This document shows positions 19,493-28,833 of a stretch of 64,000 bases of DNA, in pieces. This DNA comes from Candidatus Altimarinota bacterium (GTDB taxonomy: Bacteria > Patescibacteriota > Gracilibacteria > CAIRYL01), in contig OZ252287.1 of the NCBI GenBank assembly GCA_965250085.1, positions 128,001-192,000 of the forward strand. The letters are read 5' to 3'. Below the pieces are notes generated by a model. The model made no database searches. It had not been told where the DNA came from and saw nothing but the letters and a program-made list of their open reading frames with translations. A program made the position numbers and the translations under genes. The first letter of the stretch is position 1. Each line of letters begins with the position of its first letter.

Positions 19493-19858
19493 GTATCAAA
19501 TAGTAGTGATGCGTGCAATAATGTTTCCCCTGCCCCCCCCGCTTCCGCGGGAGCAAGTGTCTCGCAGAGCACCTGGTCCAAAGCAATTCATAAGCTACCA
19601 ATTGGACTGACATACTTCAAAAACATCTCTTTCTCATCTTTCTGGTGCCGTCATCGTTGGCTGAAGTCTTCCACCACGGCGGACAGGTTTGGACTCGAAC
19701 GCTAACAAATAATTTAACAATGCTGCCAAAGCAAAAGCAATAAAAAGAGTGAGTAAGTACAAAGTATGGCAAGATGGAAATAGACCAAAGGGATAAAAGG
19801 GGTCGGCCACCTTTAATCGGAGGAAAGATATATCACCATCATAAATCAGGTTTATATA

Positions 19859-20929
19859 GTGCCCATGCCAAAAAACAATATATCCAAAACCTCATCAACT
19901 TTTATTGCTCATTCTCAACGTGGTAACACATTGATACACGATGTACTGGAGTATCACCATGAGGATCACCTCACAGATTCGGCAAGCTCACTGCGGGCGG
20001 ATTTTAATGTAGATACGGATGATATGGGCAATGTTCTTGTGGTACTGGACTACTATCCCTATGGGGACGTGAGGTTGGATGAACAGAGTAGTTCATATGA
20101 GAATGACTATAAGTTTACGGGGAAAGAGAAGGATGAGGATACGGGTTTGTATTATTATGAAGCGAGGTATTATGATTCTGGGATTGGGAGGTTTACTGCT
20201 ATTGACCCGATGGCAAAACTTTCTCCAGAAACTTTCCTGAAGGATCCTCAGCAATTAAATTCGTACACTTATGTCCGTAATAATCCCTTGGGTGCAATTG
20301 ATCCTGATGGGCTTCTCACTATCTTTATTCATGGAACTGTTTTGCCAGGAAAAAATACAAATCCATTTTCTGAGGGTTATATGAAACAAGTTGCTACGGA
20401 TCTTGGAGATAATAGCTATACAAATTTCTCTTGGTCAGGAACGAGTAGTGAAAAGGCAAGAACAGAGGCCGCAAGAAACCTGGAGTCTTTGGTTAGAAAC
20501 TACGAATTTTCTGAGGGGGAACAGTTAAATATCGTGGGGCATAGCCACGGTGGGAATGTTTCCATTGAAGCCATAAACACGAATAGAATGCTTCGCAATG
20601 TAGACAACCTTGTTCTTCTGGGTGCCCCAAATAGAGATGATTATACTTTAGATAATGATAATGTTGGGGCTGTGTACAATGTCTATTCATTGGAAGACAA
20701 TATACAAAATAACTGGGGCGGAGAATTTACTACTAATCCCGCAGAGTCTACCTATGCTAATCATCCGTGGAGAGCTGGCGAAAACGTGAAGAATCTTCGC
20801 TTTAGAGACATGAATAAGGGTCCAATTGAAACTCACTCATGGCTAAGAACACAGGAAGCTTGGAGTTATATTCGTAAATTTATAGAAGACAAAGATGAGG
20901 AAAGTTCGGATGACAAAGATGCAAGTTAA
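19859..20929 (+). CDS. Orphan RHS core fragment plus alpha/beta-hydrolase (lipase-like) CT
   Basis: RHS core homology from ~19945 (YHHEDHLT), NNPLGAIDPDG, then IFIHG, GHSHGG nucleophile elbow, late His (ETHS). Confidence 0.85.
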   Translation: MPMPKNNISKTSSTFIAHSQRGNTLIHDVLEYHHEDHLTDSASSLRADFNVDTDDMGNVLVVLDYYPYGDVRLDEQSSSYENDYKFTGKEKDEDTGLYYYEARYYDSGIGRFTAIDPMAKLSPETFLKDPQQLNSYTYVRNNPLGAIDPDGLLTIFIHGTVLPGKNTNPFSEGYMKQVATDLGDNSYTNFSWSGTSSEKARTEAARNLESLVRNYEFSEGEQLNIVGHSHGGNVSIEAINTNRMLRNVDNLVLLGAPNRDDYTLDNDNVGAVYNVYSLEDNIQNNWGGEFTTNPAESTYANHPWRAGENVKNLRFRDMNKGPIETHSWLRTQEAWSYIRKFIEDKDEESSDDKDAS

Positions 20930-20943
20930 TCTAATTTTTTACT

Positions 20944-21279
20944 ATGTCATTATTTTTTACACTGCCTTACTGTTTCGCGATTGTATCGCTCCATATAATT
21001 TCATTTTTTTTTGATTTATATGATACGGCCTGGGCATTTATTCCATTTTTTGTAATTTTCTTTTCCACATTATTTTTTATCTTGAGCTCATTTCTTGTTG
21101 TTAAACTGGTTTGTAATAAAAAAACAGAAAATAATTGGTACATCAAGTATTTAAAAGATCATAAACTACAATTCACCATTATTACGATTGTTCTCACAAT
21201 TCCTGTTTATTGTATCTTCAATGTAATAGCTTATTATTTGCTTTCTTTTTGGGGGGTCGATAGCAATTTTTGGTTTTGA
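20944..21279 (+). CDS. Small membrane protein, putative immunity protein of the lipase CT
   Basis: ~3 TM segments, AT-rich, 14 bp after the CT. Confidence 0.55.
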   Translation: MSLFFTLPYCFAIVSLHIISFFFDLYDTAWAFIPFFVIFFSTLFFILSSFLVVKLVCNKKTENNWYIKYLKDHKLQFTIITIVLTIPVYCIFNVIAYYLLSFWGVDSNFWF

Positions 21280-21379
21280 TTTAAGTCCTATGATATTATA
21301 AGTCCACGCGGGAGCAGGTGTTCTGAGAGAAGCGAATGACACCTGCTCCTATAAATCCCTTCTTTTAGCTCATAAAAAC

Positions 21380-21455
21380 ATGAAAGTAGTCACCTCTTCA
21401 GCCGGCATCGCTAGTGGCAGTGGCAGTACGTGCACAGTTGATTTGAGTGGATGTA
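21380..21455 (+). pseudogene. Short RHS remnant
   Basis: Matches ~17732-17806 (ATGAAAGT..GC.AGTGGCAGTGG.AGTACGTG). Confidence 0.7.
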
Positions 21456-21524
21456 GCAGTCAGGACATGTCCCCGCTAGCGCGCGTTTGTAACGCGTGCA
21501 ATAAATAAACACTTTCAAGAATCC

Positions 21525-22490
21525 ATGTCAAAAAACTATACCTCTAACCCCCATGCAGTAACAGAAATAGCTGGTGTACCCTACTCCTACGATCCCAACG
21601 GCAATCTCACCTCCAATGATACCTGGAATCACTCTTGGGATTATAAAGACCGACTGCTGAGCAGTGCAGATGGAAGTACAACGGTGAACTATGAATATGA
21701 TGAGGGAGGCAATAGAGTGAAGAAGGTGAATACCTCAAGTGGGAAAGAAACCGTGTATGTGAATGAATACGTAGATATTGAGGATTCTGACCCTTCGACC
21801 GGCTCAGGACCTGCGGCAGTGAAAAATCATATCTATGCTGGAGGAATGAAGATAGCAACGTATTCTGAGGGTATTGCCAGTGGCACAGGGAGCACCTGTA
21901 CAGTTGACCTCAGTGGATGTGCTGGAGAAGGAGACACATCTCCACTCTGGGAGAATGAAACTTCACTCTCTGGAGTTTTGCAGGAAGAAGCTCATTATCT
22001 AGAAATCTCTGGAGATATGTGTGTGGTGTCTCTGGAGGGAGGAGAACAGGTTGCATGGCCAACAGAATCTGAACCCTCTTGGTGGTGTGGAGAAGTGAGT
22101 ATTCCTGTCTTTGATAGTGATATTGTGTATCACCATGAAGATCACTTAACGGGATCAAATGTAGACACCGATGACACAGGAAACCTCATTCAGCTCTTAG
22201 ACTATTATCCCTATGGAGATGTGAGGCTGGATGAACAGTCTTCTTCTTATGAAAATGACTATAAGTTTACGGGCAAGGAAAAGGATGAGGATACGGGGCT
22301 GTACTACTATGAAGCACGGTATTATGATAGTAGTATTGGGAGGTTTGTGAGTTTGGATCCTTTGGTAAAAGTGTCTCCAGAGGTTTTCTTAGTTGATCCA
22401 CAGCAACTTAACGGTTACTCATATGTTTCAAACAATCCCTTAAATGCTATCGATCCTGATGGACTTCTTACTATTTTTATTCATGGGTGA
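21525..22490 (+). pseudogene. Second orphan RHS cassette, CT truncated after IFIHG
   Basis: High similarity to the main RHS 17455-18330; DPDGLLTIFIHG shared with orphan 1, then stop. Confidence 0.85.
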
Positions 22491-22770
22491 TGACACTGAA
22501 ATACCTGACGGAGCACAAATCCTCTCAGAGCGAGGACTTCTTGATCTGGACACTGAGTATAAATATGTCAACAAAGGTCAATTTGAAAGATCTGAAAAAG
22601 ATACATGGGTTGAAAGTGGAAAAAATCCTGATTTTGCTGGTTCAGCTCAATGGTTTAGAGATTGCGTTATATCTGATACGTTCTTCTTGAATGATAGATT
22701 TCCTAACACTCAGTATCCAAATCGGGGTTCGCGTCGCGTGCTCAGGGTCAACTTGAACTTTGAATCTTAA
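22488..22770 (+). pseudogene. 3' remnant of an unrelated gene joined out of frame to the orphan RHS
   Basis: Open ~93 codons with no own start, ending NRGSRRVLRVNLNFES. Confidence 0.45.
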
Positions 22771-22800
22771 ATTTTTCTTACACTTTAGCTTTATCCTTCT

Positions 22801-22825
22801 AGACCGCCTCATGGCGGTCTTTTTG
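22801..22825 (+). terminator. Rho-independent terminator-like hairpin
   Basis: AGACCGCC-TCAT-GGCGGTCT followed by a T run. Confidence 0.7.
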
Positions 22826-22933
22826 TATGGCAAGCAAAATTTCTTCAGTACAAAAGCGAATGCCCCTGCATTACCTGCTTTATTTCAAGAGTGTTTTTTG
22901 GTATAATGATCGGAACACTGAACACAAAAAGAC

Positions 22934-25387
22934 ATGACGCTCAAAGCAGAGTTTTTCTTAAATCGGATTCTCAATGTTTCTCATAACGAATGGGGGAGAA
23001 TAACAGCGTCCTGGATTCTTCGATTTCTTTTGCAGACTTCTACGGTATTAGGATTTATCCTCATGACCGCTTTTTTTGTAGAACAGCAGGGGATAGAGCG
23101 CCTTCCTCTTCTCTTTGTGCTTGAATCTCTTTTTGCAATCGGAGGCTCTTTTGCTCTTGGAAATTTTTTAAAAACAGTGTCTCTCAAAAAACTTTTTGTT
23201 TTTGGGACATGTTTTAGTGCTTTTTTTATTTTTCTAGCAGCTCTTTCTCCTCACACTTCTCCTCTTTTTTGGGGACTGCTTCTCTTTACCTATTCGGTCT
23301 GTATTGTCCAGCTCAACATCATCATGGTTCTCTTTATTGAAGAACTTTTTACCCCCCTGGAAAGCGATCATACCTTTCCTGTCGTTGAGTCGGCAGAACC
23401 ATTTGGCACACTTCTTGCTGGGGCTGCAGCAGCTGGAGGAGTACTGCTTTTTAATATGCACGCCTATAGTTTTCTCTGGATGTGGATGGGAGTTATGCTT
23501 CTGATGCTGCCGGCAATGGGACTGCTCAAGGTGCAATTAGAACCAGTTCCAATGCCAAAATCCCGTGAAAGTGTTGCACAAAGAACTTCTCCTTGGGAGC
23601 AGATGCGCAATATGATAGAGCATATGACAACGATTCCTTTCTTAAAGGGACTTTTTTTGATCGTATTGTTTCATTATATCGCATTTCACCTTGTTGAATT
23701 TGAATTTACCAAGGCAATAGATATCGATTTTGCTTCGCGTAAGACGCACATGAGTGAAGCAGACGCGCTTACTCACGGGCTTGGGAAGTTTCATATTTTT
23801 ATTTCTCTGATATTTCTCTTCTTCCAACTTATATTTGCAAGCCGAATTATAAAAACTATTGGAATCGTACGCACTATGGTTGTACACCCAATTCTTTCTT
23901 TTCTCGGATCTTTTTTCCTTTTTCTCAAATTTTCACTGGTGAGCTCCGTGGGGACAAAAACCATATTCGAGGTTTTTGGAGGAATTCAGAGAGATGCATA
24001 TCATGCGTCCTTCTACGCACTTCGGCCAAAGATTCGCAATCAAGCAAAAGAATTTTTAGAGGGGATTGCTCGACCACTCGGAATGCTTCTGGGAACGATC
24101 TTACTTATTTTCCTCCAAAATGTATTTTCAGAAAGCTTTCAAAATGCTGCATTTTCCGCAGCACTTATGCTGATTTTTTCGTATATGGCATTTGAAAGCA
24201 TACGGCTGATTCAAAAATACACATTTCTTGCTAAGAAAAACCTAGAAACAAAGGGGAATGCTCCTGAAAAAATAGATGCTATTGAGATTCTCGCTCAAAT
24301 GGGTCACAAAAATGCTGCTCAGCATTTGATCAAGTCACTAGAATTTCGAAAGGATCAACCGGAGGTTCGAGCAAAAATCCTTCAGACGTTGGGAGCTCTT
24401 GCAGATCCATTGGCGCTTCCAGAGATTTTAAAATTTCTTCAAGATAAACACAGAGAAGTGCAATTTGCTGCAGTACAAGCCCTGTCTGGATACAAAAACC
24501 TTGGAAAATCTCATCTGACAAAATCTTTTTCACAGCATCGAGTAGTAGAGGTTTTGAAAGAACTTTTTGTACAGACAAAATCAAAGGAAACAAAAAGAAC
24601 AATTATTGAGGTTTTTCGGAATCTTAATCAGAGAGACACTGTTCCTTTTCTCTTGGAAGCACTTGAAACCCAAGACATAGAACTCAAGGCAGATGTCATC
24701 TCGATTTGTGGACTTTTTCATGATGTTTCTACTGTGTATTATCTCGGAAAATTCTTAGACGACGAGCATCCTCGAGTGCGCTCTAATGCAATTATTGCAC
24801 TCTGGAAATTCATGCCATACAGGCTCAAGCTTCTCATGAAGCTCAATACTATGTTTGAATCAACAGATATGGACAGTATTCTTTCGGCCATTTATGCAGC
24901 TGGAGAATTGAGGCTGATCCAAGAAGTCCCACGTCTTCAAAGATTCCTTTCTCATGAGCACCTGGATGCTCAGAAGCATGCGTCTATTGCTCTTCTTAAA
25001 ATGGGACATCATATCGTAATAGAAAAAGTAGTATTCTTCCTTTTGCATCAAGATCAAGAACTTGCCGAAAGCACCAAAAAACTCCTTACGAAAGTACCGC
25101 AAAAGATGCAAGAAGCATTGCAAAGATCTCTGCGCCAAAAGATGTCAAAAAGAATATCTGCTATTCTTAAAAAATCTGATACGGAGATTCTGGAAGAGAT
25201 GGAAAAGTCGGTATTGCGAGACCTGTTGGAAGCATATCAAATCCTTCAGGCTGAAAGGGAAATCCTTCAAATAGAGCAAATCTTAGAAGAAAAAGAAACA
25301 AAAACTTCAAAGGAAAAAACAACTTCGAAAGACGTACTTCATCACCAAGGAAGCGTTACGCTGGAAGATCTTTTGACTCCGATGTAA
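22934..25387 (+). CDS. Npt/TLC-like (MFS fold) transporter fused to HEAT repeats
   Basis: LNVSHNEWGR start, ~12 TM segments, RNQAKEFLEG..RPLG motif, HEAT repeats (EVRAKILQTLG, PRVRSNAIIAL). Confidence 0.7.
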   Translation: MTLKAEFFLNRILNVSHNEWGRITASWILRFLLQTSTVLGFILMTAFFVEQQGIERLPLLFVLESLFAIGGSFALGNFLKTVSLKKLFVFGTCFSAFFIFLAALSPHTSPLFWGLLLFTYSVCIVQLNIIMVLFIEELFTPLESDHTFPVVESAEPFGTLLAGAAAAGGVLLFNMHAYSFLWMWMGVMLLMLPAMGLLKVQLEPVPMPKSRESVAQRTSPWEQMRNMIEHMTTIPFLKGLFLIVLFHYIAFHLVEFEFTKAIDIDFASRKTHMSEADALTHGLGKFHIFISLIFLFFQLIFASRIIKTIGIVRTMVVHPILSFLGSFFLFLKFSLVSSVGTKTIFEVFGGIQRDAYHASFYALRPKIRNQAKEFLEGIARPLGMLLGTILLIFLQNVFSESFQNAAFSAALMLIFSYMAFESIRLIQKYTFLAKKNLETKGNAPEKIDAIEILAQMGHKNAAQHLIKSLEFRKDQPEVRAKILQTLGALADPLALPEILKFLQDKHREVQFAAVQALSGYKNLGKSHLTKSFSQHRVVEVLKELFVQTKSKETKRTIIEVFRNLNQRDTVPFLLEALETQDIELKADVISICGLFHDVSTVYYLGKFLDDEHPRVRSNAIIALWKFMPYRLKLLMKLNTMFESTDMDSILSAIYAAGELRLIQEVPRLQRFLSHEHLDAQKHASIALLKMGHHIVIEKVVFFLLHQDQELAESTKKLLTKVPQKMQEALQRSLRQKMSKRISAILKKSDTEILEEMEKSVLRDLLEAYQILQAEREILQIEQILEEKETKTSKEKTTSKDVLHHQGSVTLEDLLTPM

Positions 25388-25451
25388 AAGATTTTTCTTT
25401 ACAGAGAGAAAAAAAATCTGATATCGTAACTCCCCATTTTCTCTAATTGTA

Positions 25452-26897
25452 ATGTCATCTACATTGAAAGCAAGCTGGGAGTCTATATTACAACAGCTTT
25501 CAAAAGATATTTCTCGGGCAAATCTGATTACCTGGTTTCAAAAAACCGCTCTTTTGGAGTTTGAAAATGGTATTCTTACAGTGGGAATTCCTCGTCAGTT
25601 TTTTTTAGCGTGGCATACTGCAAATTCGAAAGACAAAATTCAGGAAGTGGCAAAAGAGGTACTTGGAAATGTGCGATCTGTAGAATTTTCTGTTGATGGA
25701 AATTTAGATAATCCGGAGAACGAGAGTGCTATTGATGTTCTCAAGCTTTTTCCAAAAGGAGAAGTAAAAATGAGAAAACTTCCCAAGCGTGCAGAAGTGA
25801 AGATAGATGGGGAGATCATCAGCAAGATGATTTCACCCAAATATTCACTGCAAAATTTTGTGGTTGGATCAGAAAACAGACTTGCATATGCTTCGTGTAA
25901 AGCAGTAGGAGAACATCCTGGAGGCATGCAGGAAGATGGAGTATTTCCATATAATCCACTCTTTATTTACGGCGGAGTGGGGCTCGGAAAGACGCATCTT
26001 TTGCAGGCAACCGGAAATGAAATTCTGAGAAAAAATAATACGCTCGTAGTGCTCTACCTTACAGCAGAAAGTTTCGTATCTGAGATTGTCGAAGGTATAC
26101 AGAAAAGAAAAATGGAAAAAGTGCGTGAAAAATATCGTAAGGTAGATGTCCTTATTCTTGATGATATTCAGTTTTTTGCTGGAAAAGATCGAAGTCAGGA
26201 AGTTTTTTTCCATATCTTTAATGATCTGTATGACGCTGGGAAACAAATCATTTTATCATCAGACAAACCTCCAGCAGAGCTAGAACTCACAGCAGATCGA
26301 CTGAGGAGTAGATTTTCTATGGGGCTTGCTATTGATGTGCAGTTTCCTGATTACGAAACGAGACTTGCTATTGTGCGTATGAAAGCACAAGAAATCGGAC
26401 TGGTGTTAGAAAATGAAATTTTAAATTTTATTGCCTTTAATGTTCACCATTCAATTCGAGAAATAGAGGGTGTTCTTCGTGAAATCCGTGCTCAGGAAGA
26501 ATTTGAAGGTGTAAATCCTACTATAAAAGGCGCAGCACTTATTCTGAGAAAGCTCTATAAAGATCAAGATATTGTCGGATATGATGAAGAACGAAATGTC
26601 CCTGGTCCAGTGAGAAGTATGGATGACATTGTGGAACAGGTCGCTGACTTTTATTCAGTCACCAAGACTGACGTGCTGGGAAAGGCGCGTAATCGGGAGT
26701 TTGTTATTCCTCGGCAAGTCGCTATGTTTTTCTGTAAAAAATATCTCCGATTCTCACTGCAACGCATTGGCACTTTTTTTAGTGGACGTGATCATACTTC
26801 GGTGATTCATTCTCTCGATATGGTAAAAAAGAGAAAAAAAACGGATCCTCAGTTTTGGAGAGATACAAATACCCTTCGAAAAGAACTCGGATTTTAA
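25452..26897 (+). CDS. dnaA: Chromosomal replication initiator DnaA
   Basis: FVVGSENR, YNPLFIYGGVGLGKTHLL, LILDDIQF, GRDHTSVIHS. Confidence 0.98.
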   Translation: MSSTLKASWESILQQLSKDISRANLITWFQKTALLEFENGILTVGIPRQFFLAWHTANSKDKIQEVAKEVLGNVRSVEFSVDGNLDNPENESAIDVLKLFPKGEVKMRKLPKRAEVKIDGEIISKMISPKYSLQNFVVGSENRLAYASCKAVGEHPGGMQEDGVFPYNPLFIYGGVGLGKTHLLQATGNEILRKNNTLVVLYLTAESFVSEIVEGIQKRKMEKVREKYRKVDVLILDDIQFFAGKDRSQEVFFHIFNDLYDAGKQIILSSDKPPAELELTADRLRSRFSMGLAIDVQFPDYETRLAIVRMKAQEIGLVLENEILNFIAFNVHHSIREIEGVLREIRAQEEFEGVNPTIKGAALILRKLYKDQDIVGYDEERNVPGPVRSMDDIVEQVADFYSVTKTDVLGKARNREFVIPRQVAMFFCKKYLRFSLQRIGTFFSGRDHTSVIHSLDMVKKRKKTDPQFWRDTNTLRKELGF

Positions 26898-26945
26898 GAA
26901 ACTTCCTTTTATCAAGAGAGGTGAGACGAATCTAAGAACAAAGTC

Positions 26946-26982
26946 ATCCCCCTCCAACTCCCCCTAAAAGGGGGAGGGGAAT
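26946..26982. repeat. GC-rich hairpin mini-element or bidirectional terminator
   Basis: CTCCCCC-TAAAA-GGGGGAG between convergent dnaA and ribH. Confidence 0.6.
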
Positions 26983-26984
26983 CA

Positions 26985-27452
26985 TTAAGAATTTTTCCCT
27001 AATTCTTCATTCATATTCATCATCTGTGTCAGGCTACTGGAAAAGTCATAGCCTTTTTCCAGACGCTCAATTGCTTGTTCGGGATTATTTACGGCGAGAA
27101 TACCATTGATAATGGGAATGGTTCCTTCTAAATTTAATTCCATGACGCCTCTGGCAGATTCATTTGTCACAATTTCAAAATGACGAGTTTCTCCTTGGAT
27201 AACGACTCCGAGAGCAATAATTCCATCAAAATCTCCAGTGTCCATTATTCTTTTGACCGAAAACGGAATTTCCAGAGCTCCTGGAACGGTGAATACCTCC
27301 ATTGCTTCTGCAGAGACAGAGCACTTCTTGAGTCCTTTGATGGTCACGTCAGCAAGTTTGTCGACCAATTCTTCATTAAATTCGGTGCGCACAATTGCTA
27401 CGGAAAATGGCTGTAGGGCCTTTGGGAAATTAGAAAAAGAGAAGAGAGACAT
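26985..27452 (-). CDS. ribH: 6,7-dimethyl-8-ribityllumazine synthase
   Basis: VPGALEIP, ALGVVIQGETRHF. Confidence 0.95.
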   Translation of the reverse strand: MSLFSFSNFPKALQPFSVAIVRTEFNEELVDKLADVTIKGLKKCSVSAEAMEVFTVPGALEIPFSVKRIMDTGDFDGIIALGVVIQGETRHFEIVTNESARGVMELNLEGTIPIINGILAVNNPEQAIERLEKGYDFSSSLTQMMNMNEELGKNS

Positions 27453-27497
27453 ATGTTCAAATCAAAAGCTGCAGGCTATAAATTCAAAAGAATCCGA

Positions 27498-28760
27498 CTA
27501 AAAGGTCAAGATTTCAGGAGCAAACATAAGGAGTAGTCCGAGCGCGAGCATCAACAACCCTCCGATGACATTAGAAGCCTTTGCATATTTATAAGTGAGA
27601 CCTATCTTTTCAATGGAATATAAAGCAATACCAAAAACAATCAGGTCATCAATCATGTAGGCAAAAATATAAAGAACTATGTACCAGATTTTTTCCAAGA
27701 GGCTAAAGTTAGAGAGGTGCAAGATTTGTGTAAAAGTTTGAGGGATTCCAAAGCTACAGGCAAATTCAATAATATTGACCGAAAATGCGAGAAGAAGGAT
27801 CGCAAAGAGTGTTGCGAGAGTAAGAGGAGAGTGTGATATGTCATGAATTTTTTGTGTTATACGTTTTTTTTGTTCCACATTGGTGACCTTGCAGGTGCCG
27901 TCTGAAAAAAGACCTTCGTGCAGAAAAAAGAATCCTGACCCCATTGCAACAAGCCCTACTATAGGCGTCACCCATTGCTCAAGCCCCACAAAGTTCCAGG
28001 TGGTGAACCAGAGCGTCAAAATAAGCCCATACATGATCGCTTCTGCGAATAAAAAGATCCCCACTGTGACAAACATGCGAAACCGATCACCTATTTGAAT
28101 AAGGGCCAGAATAAAGACAATGAGTACCCACATGGCGCAGGGATTGAATCCATCAATAAATCCAAGAAGAAAAGAAAGCAGAGTGGGACTTTGGAAAGCA
28201 GAAATATCTACTTCTCCCCAAAATGGCACCGTTACCATGACAGGAGCAATAGCGCAGTCTGTTTCACCCTCATCGCAAGTAGAAGCTTCAAAAGAAAATG
28301 GTTCTAAGTCTTCTCGTTGTTCCCAGATTTTTGAAAAAGAAGGATGCGGGACATTCTCTTCATAATATTTTTGAAATCTGCTGCCCATGTTTTCTGGAGA
28401 ATCAAACCCCACAAAGACTTCTTTTCCAATGATTGTTATGGGTGTGCTTTTGGCAAGAGAGAGTTCATCGGACAGAGTTTTGAACATCTCGGCAGCGGTG
28501 TTATCTTTTTCAATATCAAGGATTTGATATTCAAGACTTTGATCTTGTTCTTTCCACGCAGAGAGAAAAGATTTTTCATCTTGGCAGTGAGAGCATTTTT
28601 CTCTGGCAAATACAGTCAAAACAGCAGCGTCATTATATTCAGACTCAGAAACAGAAGATTCTTTTTGCACAAAAAAACTCAGAGCAGAAAACACAATGGT
28701 GGCAACTGCTACAAAAAAGAACAGACGAGATTTTTTATTTTGGAAAGAAAGAAAGGACAT
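27498..28760 (-). CDS. Glutaredoxin-like CxxC domain plus multi-TM (cytochrome c biogenesis-type) protein
   Basis: CSHC; GFIDGFNPCAMWVL; EFACS; YMIDD. Confidence 0.8.
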   Translation of the reverse strand: MSFLSFQNKKSRLFFFVAVATIVFSALSFFVQKESSVSESEYNDAAVLTVFAREKCSHCQDEKSFLSAWKEQDQSLEYQILDIEKDNTAAEMFKTLSDELSLAKSTPITIIGKEVFVGFDSPENMGSRFQKYYEENVPHPSFSKIWEQREDLEPFSFEASTCDEGETDCAIAPVMVTVPFWGEVDISAFQSPTLLSFLLGFIDGFNPCAMWVLIVFILALIQIGDRFRMFVTVGIFLFAEAIMYGLILTLWFTTWNFVGLEQWVTPIVGLVAMGSGFFFLHEGLFSDGTCKVTNVEQKKRITQKIHDISHSPLTLATLFAILLLAFSVNIIEFACSFGIPQTFTQILHLSNFSLLEKIWYIVLYIFAYMIDDLIVFGIALYSIEKIGLTYKYAKASNVIGGLLMLALGLLLMFAPEILTF

Positions 28761-28833
28761 TGAATAGACGATAAGTTATAGATTTCAAGTTATAAATTTT
28801 CTATACTCCCAGAGAACATATATCGTACTAAAA

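Noticed and set aside
19690-19730. AAC-rich stretch as a DGR template repeat
   Set aside because: No alignment to the candidate variable region at 22640-22760 and no RT nearby
19859-19944. N-terminus of orphan RHS 1 as real coding sequence
   Set aside because: RHS homology starts only at ~19945; upstream codons are probably fortuitous
19493-21524. CRISPR array or integron
   Set aside because: No regularly spaced identical repeats, no cas gene or integrase in the window
22488-22490. TGA read-through or programmed frameshift joining orphan 2 to the next ORF
   Set aside because: Similarity to orphan 1 is lost completely at this point, which fits a deletion or recombination junction
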